Positions 9,918 to 19,294 of a stretch of 64,000 nt of DNA are shown one piece after another (the stretch's first letter is position 1; every line of letters begins with the position of its first letter). The position numbers were made by a program, and so were the translations under genes. The notes beneath the pieces are model-generated. The model saw only the letters and a program-made list of their open reading frames with translations, was not told the origin of the DNA and did not search any database. The stretch covers positions 1,160 to 65,159 of the forward strand of contig JAGBES010000021.1 in assembly GCA_017936845.1 (NCBI GenBank), given 5' to 3'. The DNA is from Bacilli bacterium (lineage in GTDB: Bacteria > Bacillota_I > Bacilli_A > RF39 > UBA660).

Positions 9918-10970
9918 TTATTTTTTCATTTGTTCTTTTATAAATTTTCCACTTTCTGTTAAGTATTTATCACTAATATCATTTGTAGGTGTATTAGGTA
10001 TTAGTAAAGCTGATGATTCGTTTTTGTCTGCTAATGACCAATTTACCCAACTTAAATTATTGTCATTCATATAATTAATCCATTTCAATGATTCATCTAA
10101 ATATATACCACCATTACCATCAGCTCTACTTGTTCCCCATTCACTTATAAAGATAGGAATTTTTTTTCTTGCTTCTGTTATTCTATCTCTTAACCAATCA
10201 GTATGTGTCCCAGCATAAAAATGACAAGCATACATAATATTATCAAACTCTAATGGTGAATTTGCTGCATCTATTAAATCTTGACTCCATGTTCCTGTTC
10301 CTACTATTATTATTCCATCACTATTATTTCTTATTTCTTTTATTACATCTATTGCATATGGTTTTATATCATTATTCCATGTTGCATTACCATTTGGCTC
10401 ATTACAAATTTCAAATATTACATTTGGTATATCTTTATACTTTTTTGATACTTCACCAAAAAATTCTAGTGCTTCAGTTTTATGAATATTTGGATTATTA
10501 TCACTTAATATGTGCCAATCAATTATGATATAAATATCTAAATCTATAGCATAGTCAACTATTTCATATACTTTGTTTTTTATTTCTTTATTTTGTATAT
10601 ATCCATTTTCTTCTGTATACATAGCAATTCTAAAAACATTAGCATGCCATTCATCTCTTAATTGTCTCATAACTTCTTTATTTGCATATTTTGCATACCA
10701 TTGTAATCCATGGGTACTTATACCTTTTAACTGAATTTTTTCATTATATTGATTTACTAAATCAACTCCATTTAATTTTAATTTTCCATTATAACTAACT
10801 AAATTATTTTTTTCTATTTTTGGTTCTTCTTGTTTTAACTTATCATTTTCTTTTGAATTATTTTCTATATTTACATTTTCTAATTGATTATTGCTATTTA
10901 AATATAGTCCTAATATACTTAATAATATTAAAAATAATATTGAAATAATAATTATTATTTTCTTTTTCAT
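9918..10970 (-). CDS. glycoside hydrolase family 5 (endoglucanase-like), secreted or anchored
   Basis: Signal anchor. GH5 motifs RIAMY, FEICNEPNG (acid/base Glu) and ISEWGT (nucleophile Glu). Confidence 0.8.
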   Translation of the reverse strand: MKKKIIIIISILFLILLSILGLYLNSNNQLENVNIENNSKENDKLKQEEPKIEKNNLVSYNGKLKLNGVDLVNQYNEKIQLKGISTHGLQWYAKYANKEVMRQLRDEWHANVFRIAMYTEENGYIQNKEIKNKVYEIVDYAIDLDIYIIIDWHILSDNNPNIHKTEALEFFGEVSKKYKDIPNVIFEICNEPNGNATWNNDIKPYAIDVIKEIRNNSDGIIIVGTGTWSQDLIDAANSPLEFDNIMYACHFYAGTHTDWLRDRITEARKKIPIFISEWGTSRADGNGGIYLDESLKWINYMNDNNLSWVNWSLADKNESSALLIPNTPTNDISDKYLTESGKFIKEQMKK

Positions 10971-11115
10971 AGTATCACCTGTTACCTTAACAATATTTTA
11001 ACATTGATATTATTAACAGTAAAGAAAAATATAGTTAAAATTTATAACAATTTTATACATATTCCAAATTGAATTAATTTCATTGTTTTTTTCAATATAT
11101 TATTTAAAATAAATT

Positions 11116-11149
11116 AAAAATGACATTTATAATTTATAATGTCATTTTT
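11116..11149 (-). terminator. terminator downstream of smc
   Basis: 12-bp perfect stem AAAAATGACATT/AATGTCATTTTT with a T-rich tail. Confidence 0.55.
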
Positions 11150-11170
11150 GTTATAAAAAATATAATTTAA

Positions 11171-14116
11171 CTATTTTACATCTTCTAATTTAACGCTTAC
11201 TAGCTTTGATACCCCTGATTCTTGCATTGTTATACCATATAGAATATCTGCATATTCCATAGTTCTTTTTTTATGTGTTATTAATATAAATTGTGTTTTT
11301 TCTTGTAATTTTTTTAAATAATTACCAAATGAATCAACATTTACCTCATCAAGTGCTGCTTCTACTTCATCCAATATACAAAATGGAACTGGTCTTGATT
11401 TTAAAATTGCAAATAATAAACTAATTGCTGTAAAAGTTTTCTCTCCACCTGATAAAAGTGAAATACTTTTTAAACTTTTTCCAGGAGGAGATGCAACTAT
11501 TTCTATTCCTGTTTCTAATATATTTGATGGATCTGTAAGTTTTAAATCAGCTGTTCCACCTTTAAATAATTCTTTAAATGTTTCTATAAAGTTTTCTCTT
11601 ATTGTTTTAAATGTTTTTGTAAATTCTTCTGTCATTACTTCATCCATTTCTTTAATAATTAAAAGTAATGTGTCTTCAGCTTTCATTAAATCTTCTTTTT
11701 GATTACATAAAAACTCATATCTTTCACTTACTTTATCATATTCTTCAATGGAATCTACATTTACATTTCCTAAATCTTTTATTATTTTTCTTAAACTATT
11801 AACTTTATTTCTTGCTTCCTCTTCTGGTATTTCTAATTTATAAATTGTTACTGCTTTTTCATATGTCATAGAATATGTTTCATTTAATTTATTAAGTAAA
11901 TTATCTAATTTTACATCCATTCTATTAACATCTATTTCTAATTCTTTCAATTCTTTATTTTTTTGATTGTAGATACTATTTTCTTGTTTTAAATTTAATT
12001 CATATTCTTCTAAATCATTATTTAGTGTTATTTTTTGTTTTTTTAAGTTTTCTAATTCTAACTCACATTTATTTTTTGAATTAATTGCTTCATAATATTC
12101 TTTTAATATATTATTTTCTTCACTACTTAAACTATTATTTAATAATCCATTTGTTCCATTTATTTCATTTTTAATATTCTCTATTTTAATTTTATAATCA
12201 TTCAATGTAATTTGTCTTGTTTTAATATATTCTACTAAATTTATTTTATCTCTATTTATTAAATATAATTTATCTTCTATTATTTTATAATTATAGTCAT
12301 TATCATTGATATCATTTTCTATATTTTTTATTTCTTCTATTATTTTATTTAGTTTTTTTATGTTGTTTTCAAGTTCATATTTTAAACTTATTACATTATT
12401 ATTTTGTTTTAAAGTACCACCTGTTATTGATCCTCCAACATGTAAAAGTTCGCCTGTAAGTGTTACTATTTTATATCTATAATTAACTTCTTTACTAATA
12501 ATATTGGCATTATCAATATTATCTACTACTATTACATTTCCTAATTGATTTTCTATAATATTTTGATATTTTTTTTCACATTTAACTAAATCTTTAGCTA
12601 TTCCAACAAATCCTTTTAATTTAGTTATTGATTCTATTGTCTTATCATCTATATATTTTGGCTTAATTATATTTAGTGGGAAGAATGTTACTCTACCTAA
12701 ATTATTATCTTTTAAATATTTAATTGATTCTTTTGCACATAATTCATTTTCAACTACTACATATGAAGTAGTTGCTCCTAAAGATGTTGTAATAGCAAGA
12801 GAATATTGTTCCTCTACTTCGATTAAATTTCCAATTGTATCACATATTCCTTTTATTTTAATATTGTTTAAAATACTTTTTACGGCACTTGGTAATACTC
12901 CATTATTTTCAATTCTATCTTTTATACTATTAATATAGTCTTCTACTTTATTTTTTTCTCTTATTTTTGTACTTAAATTAAATTCTAAATTTATTTTCTT
13001 TGTTTTTTCCTCTTCTATTATTTTTTCTTGTTGTTTTAAATTTTCTTCTATTTTATTTAATTCTTCTAATTTAATATCTAATTCACTTTGTATTTGATTA
13101 ATATTATTTGTAAATTCTAATTCTTTTTCTTTTAATTCTAAAATATTATTATGTAATTTTGTATCTTCAACATCATATTTTTTTCTTTCAAGTAGTATTG
13201 TTTTTTCACTATTTAGTTTTTCTACTAATGTTGTTTTTTCTAATAATTCATTGTTTAATTTATTTATTTGTTCTTCTAATTTACTCAAATTTAATTTATA
13301 TTCTTCTATTTTTGCTTCACTTTTATTATTTGTTACAGATATTTCAATAATTTCTTTATTTAATGATTCTATCCTACTTTTAAATTCAACATATTTATCA
13401 TTTATATCTGTTATATCTTTCGTAATTAAAGCAACTTCTACACTTTCAAGTTCTCCTGATTTTTCTAAATAAATAATTGCTTTATCTCTTTGTTCTTTTA
13501 ATGGTTCTACTTGATTTTTTAGTTCATTTATTATATCGTTTACACGATTCATATTATCATGAGTTCTTTCTAGTTTTCTAAGTGCTTCTTCTTTTCTTTT
13601 ACGATATTTTAAAACACTTGCAGCTTCTTCAAAAATAACTCTTCTACTTTCTGGTTTACTGCTTATTATTTCTTCTACTTTTCCTTGTGAAATTATATTA
13701 AATGACTCTTTTGCTATTCCACTATCTAATAATAAATTTGTTATATCTTTTAAGCGAACTCTTTCATTATTTAAAAAATACTCATTTGTTGAATCTCTAT
13801 AAACTCTTCTTGTAATTTCTATTTCATCAAATGGTATATTTAAATATTTATCTTTATTATCAAATATTAGTGTTACACTTGCATAATTTGATGGTTTTCT
13901 TGATTTAGAGCCTGAAAATATAACATCTGTTGTATTCCCATCTCCCCTTAATGATTTTACTGATTGTTCTCCTAATACCCATCTTACTGCGTCAACTACA
14001 TTACTTTTTCCACTACCATTTGGTCCAACTATACTTGTTATACCATCTGTAAGTTCTATATTTATTTTATCAGCAAATGATTTAAATCCATTAGCAATTA
14101 TTCTTTTTAAGTACAT
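11171..14116 (-). CDS. smc: chromosome segregation protein SMC
   Basis: N-terminal Walker A GPNGSGKSN, long coiled coils, hinge region, and C-terminal LSGGEKTFTAISLLFA plus CILDEVEAALD. Confidence 0.9.
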   Translation of the reverse strand: MYLKRIIANGFKSFADKINIELTDGITSIVGPNGSGKSNVVDAVRWVLGEQSVKSLRGDGNTTDVIFSGSKSRKPSNYASVTLIFDNKDKYLNIPFDEIEITRRVYRDSTNEYFLNNERVRLKDITNLLLDSGIAKESFNIISQGKVEEIISSKPESRRVIFEEAASVLKYRKRKEEALRKLERTHDNMNRVNDIINELKNQVEPLKEQRDKAIIYLEKSGELESVEVALITKDITDINDKYVEFKSRIESLNKEIIEISVTNNKSEAKIEEYKLNLSKLEEQINKLNNELLEKTTLVEKLNSEKTILLERKKYDVEDTKLHNNILELKEKELEFTNNINQIQSELDIKLEELNKIEENLKQQEKIIEEEKTKKINLEFNLSTKIREKNKVEDYINSIKDRIENNGVLPSAVKSILNNIKIKGICDTIGNLIEVEEQYSLAITTSLGATTSYVVVENELCAKESIKYLKDNNLGRVTFFPLNIIKPKYIDDKTIESITKLKGFVGIAKDLVKCEKKYQNIIENQLGNVIVVDNIDNANIISKEVNYRYKIVTLTGELLHVGGSITGGTLKQNNNVISLKYELENNIKKLNKIIEEIKNIENDINDNDYNYKIIEDKLYLINRDKINLVEYIKTRQITLNDYKIKIENIKNEINGTNGLLNNSLSSEENNILKEYYEAINSKNKCELELENLKKQKITLNNDLEEYELNLKQENSIYNQKNKELKELEIDVNRMDVKLDNLLNKLNETYSMTYEKAVTIYKLEIPEEEARNKVNSLRKIIKDLGNVNVDSIEEYDKVSERYEFLCNQKEDLMKAEDTLLLIIKEMDEVMTEEFTKTFKTIRENFIETFKELFKGGTADLKLTDPSNILETGIEIVASPPGKSLKSISLLSGGEKTFTAISLLFAILKSRPVPFCILDEVEAALDEVNVDSFGNYLKKLQEKTQFILITHKKRTMEYADILYGITMQESGVSKLVSVKLEDVK

Positions 14117-14202
14117 ACTATCACACCTTTAATATTTTTTATTATACTATAAATAAAATAAAAAAGAAAGTCTTATGATTTATTAATATAATATAATATA
14201 AT

Positions 14203-14234
14203 AAAAAGAACTTTTTCTTTAGAAAGTTCTTTTT
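14203..14234 (-). terminator. terminator downstream of pilin-like gene 2
   Basis: 12-bp stem AAAAAGAACTTT/AAAGTTCTTTTT with an 8-nt loop. Confidence 0.6.
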
Positions 14235-14288
14235 TTAACTTTTAATATCTTATATACTATATTTACTTGAATAAAAATATCAATCTAT

Positions 14289-16133
14289 TTAATCAGTTAC
14301 AGTCATATCATAAACTCCACCAGACTCATTGAAATAATAGTAAATAGCATGTGCACCATTTGGAATTACAAATGAATTTGTAGTTGTTCTAAAATCACCT
14401 ATATCTTTTACAACTTTTCCACCTATTGAATCATAGAAAGTAAGATATTGATATCCTTTTGATTTTATGTTTAACTTTTTTCCCCATGCACTTTCATCGA
14501 TATATATATATTTAGTAGTTTTATTAGTAGCTGAATAAAATGTAGATTTATCAGGATCTTCATCATAAGCTAATTGGCCTATTGCATCAGAAGGCAACGT
14601 TGCTATATATTCATATGTTTTCACTTCACTTGTTTCATTATTAGTTGTTTCTATAAATATTTTTTGACCAGCATTCATATATATAAGATCTGAATTATAA
14701 TTTTTATACTCTCCATTATCTATTTTATATTTTGTAGGATGAGAATATATTATTTCTATATATTCACCACCATTTTTAATTCCAGTTGATGTTATAGTTG
14801 GATATTCATATTTTTTCGTAATAATTTCATTAAAAAATTCAACTGGGCTTACCTCATATACTTGACAGGAATAACCTATATAAAATAATAAATATCTTGC
14901 ATTACTTGGAACATAATATTCCGTATTAACTGTTGCTAAATTTGCTAAAGTAACTTTAGTATTAGATATTTCCTCCTTATTTACATTTAAAAACACATGA
15001 TAAATTATATCGCTTGAATTATTATCGCGCCATTTTATTTTTATTTTTTTATTTTGCATTTCATCAGAAATTCTAAGATAAACATTTTTATTTGTTAAAT
15101 TTGTACCATATGTAGCTGTATTTTCATCTCCATCATATAAATTAGGGTAAAAAGTTTTATCTCTTGATGATTCACTTTCTATAATATCTGCTTCTACTGT
15201 TTCACTTTCTCTCTTGCTTCCATCTCTTACTAATTTTGCCTTAATTTTTGTTCCTGCTTTGGGTATTTCTTTAGTATATTTTTTCCATGTTTTACCATTA
15301 TCTAAACTATAATAAGCACTTGTTCCTTCTTGTTTTTCAAAATCAATTCCAATTACTTCTTTCATTTCTATTCCATTACTATATATAATTGGTGTAGATG
15401 ATAAATCTATAATAGTTGGTTTTCCTAATTCAACATTATCTATTTTAGTTTCTTCATAATTTTTTAAAGATATTTTTTTGTTATCTTTTATTATCCATGC
15501 TGATATTTTAGAGTTTTTTTGTAGTTTTAATGTTACTACATTATTTGTTGCTTTTATTTCTTCTCCATTTGTTATTTCTGATTCTCCTAATAATACTTTT
15601 CCACTTTCTACTTTGTAATAATATTCATAATTTCCTTTAGGATATGTTATAGTTAAATTTTTTGAAGTTTCCCAATTAAACGAATCAATTGTAAAATCTA
15701 CTATTAAAGATATATCCTCACAATTATTACTTGTTAAGGTTGCTACTCCACCAGTATATTCTACTATATAATCTTTCATACATAATATAGCAGATCCTAC
15801 TGTTCCATTTTCTAATATAGTTATTGTTCCAGCAGTAGGTTTTATTCCTTTCAAATCAATCAAATTATTAATTTTATCATATTGCTTATCACCAATAGCA
15901 GTATTTCTATTTACTCCATATTGTCCTTTTGATAATTTATCTTTATTCTTTAATAAATTTTCCGATTGATAAAGTTCTACAGCATTTATATAACCATATG
16001 TACTATTAACTGCAGCATTTTTTTTTGCATCGTTTATCATATTTAATATTATTGGGGTTGCTATTAAAGCAATAATTGCTAATATTATTATAACTGCTAA
16101 TAATTCTATAAGTGTGAAACCTTTTTGCTTCAT
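14289..16133 (-). CDS. modular type IV pilin-like protein 2 (pilin module plus Ig-like and discoidin/CBM-like modules)
   Basis: MKQKG|FTLIELLAVIIILAIIALIA. The pilin module is homologous to that of gene 1. The C-terminal part has YYSLDNGKTWKKY (chitobiase/Fn3-associated-like) and two stretches resembling F5/8 type C domains (NLYDGDENTATYG..., LAYDEDPDKSTFY...). Confidence 0.8.
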   Translation of the reverse strand: MKQKGFTLIELLAVIIILAIIALIATPIILNMINDAKKNAAVNSTYGYINAVELYQSENLLKNKDKLSKGQYGVNRNTAIGDKQYDKINNLIDLKGIKPTAGTITILENGTVGSAILCMKDYIVEYTGGVATLTSNNCEDISLIVDFTIDSFNWETSKNLTITYPKGNYEYYYKVESGKVLLGESEITNGEEIKATNNVVTLKLQKNSKISAWIIKDNKKISLKNYEETKIDNVELGKPTIIDLSSTPIIYSNGIEMKEVIGIDFEKQEGTSAYYSLDNGKTWKKYTKEIPKAGTKIKAKLVRDGSKRESETVEADIIESESSRDKTFYPNLYDGDENTATYGTNLTNKNVYLRISDEMQNKKIKIKWRDNNSSDIIYHVFLNVNKEEISNTKVTLANLATVNTEYYVPSNARYLLFYIGYSCQVYEVSPVEFFNEIITKKYEYPTITSTGIKNGGEYIEIIYSHPTKYKIDNGEYKNYNSDLIYMNAGQKIFIETTNNETSEVKTYEYIATLPSDAIGQLAYDEDPDKSTFYSATNKTTKYIYIDESAWGKKLNIKSKGYQYLTFYDSIGGKVVKDIGDFRTTTNSFVIPNGAHAIYYYFNESGGVYDMTVTD

Positions 16134-16169
16134 AAATTACACTTCCTATCATCAATTATATAATACCAA

Positions 16170-16196
16170 AAAACTAGTTTATTTACAACTAGTTTT
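16170..16196 (-). terminator. terminator after spoVAE
   Basis: AAAACTAGTT/AACTAGTTTT stem overlapping the spoVAE stop, with a T-run after it. Confidence 0.55.
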
Positions 16197-16546
16197 CAAC
16201 TCTTTGGATTAAAGAAGATTGATAAGATAAATGAGATTACAATTGCTGATATTATTCCTGTACTTGTAAGATCAAACATTCCCATAGCAAGTCCTATAAA
16301 ACCATATTCACTTGCTTTATCTAAAGCTCCATGAATAAGTAAATGTCCAAAGCTAGTTATTGGAACAAGTGCTCCTCCACCAGCCCATAATACAAACTTA
16401 TCATATAAACTAAATGTATCTAAAAAAGCTCCTATAACTACAAATAAGGTTGTTACATGTCCTGCTGTTAGTTTAGTATTATCTAAAATTATTTGTCCTA
16501 TTAAACATATTAATCCAGCAAATAAGAAAGCATTTAAGTATATCAT
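16196..16546 (-). CDS. spoVAE: stage V sporulation protein AE (SpoVAEB-type)
   Basis: 116-aa, 3-4 TM protein paralogous to the SpoVAC gene. It holds the last position in the spoVAC-AD-AE cluster and its start overlaps the preceding gene. Confidence 0.85.
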   Translation of the reverse strand: MIYLNAFLFAGLICLIGQIILDNTKLTAGHVTTLFVVIGAFLDTFSLYDKFVLWAGGGALVPITSFGHLLIHGALDKASEYGFIGLAMGMFDLTSTGIISAIVISFILSIFFNPKS

Positions 16547-17532
16547 ATTATAGCCTCCAAACTAATAGCATGTGCTATACTTGGAATTGATCTTTTTTCA
16601 TTAACTGATGTTGTACTATGTAATGAACCTGTTGCTACTAATAAAACTTTTGTTAATTTTTTCTTTTTCATTAAATCAAAAATATATGAATATGTAACTA
16701 AAGGTGCACATGCTGGTCCACTTCCTCCAGAATAAACAGGTTGTTTATCTAAATCGTATATCATACAAGCTGTATCTTCATATTTATTTAGTTCTATTCC
16801 ATATTCTATTTTCATATAGTCTTTTAATATAGCTTTTCCATATATTCCTAAGTCACCGCTTAATATAATATCATAATAATTTATATCTCTTTTAAGATCT
16901 TTTAAATGTCTATTTATTGTATCTGCAATTGCAGGAGCCATTACTGCTCCCATTTGATATGCATCTTTTATTCCTAAATCATTTACAATACCTATAGTAG
17001 CACTTTCGACTTTTATTTTTGATTTTTCTCTACTTAAATATGCACTTGCAGCTCCTGTTGTTGTAAAAGTTGTTGTTTTTGGTTTAGGTCCTCCATATTC
17101 TACAGGATATCTGAATTGTTTTTCTGCTGCATTATTATGTGATGATACTGAACATATACAATTTTTTATTTGATTTGCTTCTAACATATTAGATGCAATT
17201 ATTAATCCTTCTACACTACTAGCACATGCACTATATATACCTAAATATGGTATTTTTAAATTATTAGCTGCAAAATTAGATGCAGTTATTTGATTTAATA
17301 AGTCACCCGATATAAATAGGTCTATATCAAATTTTGTCTTACTTATCTTATTTAGCAATAAATCTACACTATCTTCTAATATTTTAGATTCTGCTTCTTC
17401 CCATGTATTTTTCCCAAAATAAAAGTCATCATAACTTTTATCAAAATAATTACTTAATGGTCCTTTTTTTTCATATGGTCCAGTAATCGTTGAAACTTCA
17501 TTTATATATACATTGTCATATTTAAATGTCAT
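16543..17532 (-). CDS. spoVAD: stage V sporulation protein AD
   Basis: 329 aa with a thiolase-like fold. The N-terminus ...GPYEKKGPLSNYFD is typical of SpoVAD, and it sits between spoVAC and spoVAE. Confidence 0.9.
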   Translation of the reverse strand: MTFKYDNVYINEVSTITGPYEKKGPLSNYFDKSYDDFYFGKNTWEEAESKILEDSVDLLLNKISKTKFDIDLFISGDLLNQITASNFAANNLKIPYLGIYSACASSVEGLIIASNMLEANQIKNCICSVSSHNNAAEKQFRYPVEYGGPKPKTTTFTTTGAASAYLSREKSKIKVESATIGIVNDLGIKDAYQMGAVMAPAIADTINRHLKDLKRDINYYDIILSGDLGIYGKAILKDYMKIEYGIELNKYEDTACMIYDLDKQPVYSGGSGPACAPLVTYSYIFDLMKKKKLTKVLLVATGSLHSTTSVNEKRSIPSIAHAISLEAII

Positions 17533-17975
17533 ATATTACCTCCAAAAATTAATAATCTTATCATCCCAAATATGTAAGCACTTACTACACCAAATATTAT
17601 TACTGATCCTGTAAGTTTTAACATACATGCTCCAATTCCTGTTACTAAACCCTCTTTTTTATAATCTAGTGCAGCACTTTGCATAGCATGAGCAAATCCT
17701 GTTATTGGTACAAATAATCCTGCTTTAGCAAAATTAACCCACTTATCAAAGAAACCAAAACATGTAAGTAAACATCCTATAAATATTAATGTTATTATCA
17801 TAAAAGTACCTGCTTCTTTTGTTGATATATTTAAATACGATACATAAACTTCTATTAAAAATTGTCCTATTACTCCCATTATTCCACCTGTTATAAATGC
17901 TATAATTCCATTATATAAGCGATTTTCTTTTGGTGTATGTTTTTTTACTAAATCTTGGTATTTATTTTTTTCCAT
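17529..17975 (-). CDS. spoVAC: stage V sporulation protein AC
   Basis: 148-aa membrane protein. N-terminus ...HTPKENRLYNGIIAFITGGIMGVIGQ matches the SpoVAC pattern. Confidence 0.9.
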   Translation of the reverse strand: MEKNKYQDLVKKHTPKENRLYNGIIAFITGGIMGVIGQFLIEVYVSYLNISTKEAGTFMIITLIFIGCLLTCFGFFDKWVNFAKAGLFVPITGFAHAMQSAALDYKKEGLVTGIGACMLKLTGSVIIFGVVSAYIFGMIRLLIFGGNI

Positions 17976-17990
17976 ATTATCACCTTTTTT

Positions 17991-18019
17991 TATTATGAAA
18001 AAAAGCTTATTTTTTATAC
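17991..18019 (-). promoter_or_regulatory. candidate forespore sigma-G type promoter for the spoVA operon
   Basis: Minus strand reads GTATA-N17-CATAATA, matching GHATR / CAHWHTA. It lies about 15 nt upstream of the spoVAC RBS. Confidence 0.35.
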
Positions 18020-18030
18020 AAAAAAAAGAA

Positions 18031-18165
18031 TTATTTTTTATTCTTTTCTTTTATTTTTTGTTTTAAAATATTTTCAAATGTTTTTTCTTTATCTTTTGAT
18101 TTTTCTTTATTGTTAAAGAATAAATTAATATTTGGATTTTTTTCTAGCTTTTCTATTTTAATCAT
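18031..18165 (-). CDS. possible Lys-rich micro-protein (44 aa), below the ORF-track cutoff
   Basis: ATG overlaps the yutD stop (AATGATTAA) with GGAG 9 nt upstream. Low-complexity sequence, so weak. Confidence 0.2.
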   Translation of the reverse strand: MIKIEKLEKNPNINLFFNNKEKSKDKEKTFENILKQKIKEKNKK

Positions 18166-18436
18166 TTATTTTCTCCATTACAAAATATCTACAATCATAT
18201 GCACATTCATTTTTTAAATAATTTTCTAAATTATTATAATCATTTATCTTATTAAATTTTTTATTTTCTTTTTTACAGAAACCTTTTAATCTTAATTTAC
18301 CATATGACCAATCACCTACTACATAATCATAATCATAAAAATAATCTGTTAATTTATTTTCTATTTCTTCTTTATCATATCCATCTCTATAATCTTTTAT
18401 TAAATTAAATTTTATACCATTTATTATTTTTTCCAT
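18158..18436 (-). CDS. yutD: YutD-like protein (DUF1027)
   Basis: 92 aa. DYDYVVGDWSYGKLRLKGF matches the YutD family signature as I recall it. Confidence 0.55.
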   Translation of the reverse strand: MEKIINGIKFNLIKDYRDGYDKEEIENKLTDYFYDYDYVVGDWSYGKLRLKGFCKKENKKFNKINDYNNLENYLKNECAYDCRYFVMEKIND

Positions 18437-18475
18437 ATTATCACCTGATTAAATTATATCATATTTTATATCTTT

Positions 18476-19243
18476 TTAATTATTATTTTGATTTGAATAT
18501 GGATAATAATAGGATGGAACATTTCCTTCTACTAATTTCATTATAACTGGTATATTTGCTTCTACTACAATTTCTTTGGTTTTAAAAGGTATTATAACTT
18601 GCATATAAACTTTAACATTAACACTTACTTTTATTAAAGCATTATTTATTCCATAGCTCATAACTTCTGTATTAATATCAGTTATAACATCTCCATTCAA
18701 ATTTATTTTTACTGGTATTTTTGGTCCTAAATTTGATATTAATGAATTACGAAACACTATTCCTGATGGTATTTCATATATAATTCCTTTTTTTAATTTT
18801 TCTAGATCATAACTACTTAATATAGTACTTGATAATTCTAGTTCTTCTATTCCTCCTGACTCTAATTGTTCTAAATAATTTTGCACATAAATTGTAATTT
18901 TATTTAAGACTGTATTTACTATAATAGGATTAAAATCAGTAGATACAATATTTCCTTCTTTATCTTTTGTTTGAATAAATAATTCTTCTTTATTCATATC
19001 TTTAAATACATTATTGTTTACTGCTTCTGTAATCATTACAGTTGCGATAGATTTTGCTTTTTTTTCAGCATATATCATAAGAATTGGTGTTATTTTTTTA
19101 CCTATTATACTTATACAAAAAATAATTGATATAAATAGTAATATTAGTATCAAAAATATTTTTTCTTTTTTGTTTATTTTCTTACTTTTATTCATTTTCA
19201 ATTTATATTTTTTTCTTTTTTTTAAATGAATTCTGTTTTTCAT
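18476..19243 (-). CDS. yunB: sporulation protein YunB
   Basis: Basic N-terminus, single TM, then ...ITPILMIYAEKKAKSIATVMITEAV... and a C-terminal GPKIPVKINLNGDV pattern typical of YunB. Size is about 255 aa. Confidence 0.6.
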   Translation of the reverse strand: MKNRIHLKKRKKYKLKMNKSKKINKKEKIFLILILLFISIIFCISIIGKKITPILMIYAEKKAKSIATVMITEAVNNNVFKDMNKEELFIQTKDKEGNIVSTDFNPIIVNTVLNKITIYVQNYLEQLESGGIEELELSSTILSSYDLEKLKKGIIYEIPSGIVFRNSLISNLGPKIPVKINLNGDVITDINTEVMSYGINNALIKVSVNVKVYMQVIIPFKTKEIVVEANIPVIMKLVEGNVPSYYYPYSNQNNN

Positions 19244-19294
19244 TTAACCACCTATTTAATTATATGATTAAATAATATAAAAAGTAGTTTTTAA

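Noticed and set aside
11171-14116. SMC of only 981 aa, considered as a possible truncation or fusion.
   Set aside because: Both head halves (Walker A; signature and Walker B) and a central non-coiled hinge-like segment are present in one uninterrupted frame. Compact SMC proteins are normal in AT-rich, reduced Firmicute lineages.
14185-14204. The short periodic AATAT/ATAAT run (aatataatataatataataa), considered as a repeat array or CRISPR-like feature.
   Set aside because: It is only about 20 nt of simple-sequence AT repeat in an intergenic promoter region, with no spacer/repeat organisation. No CRISPR-like array exists anywhere in the window.
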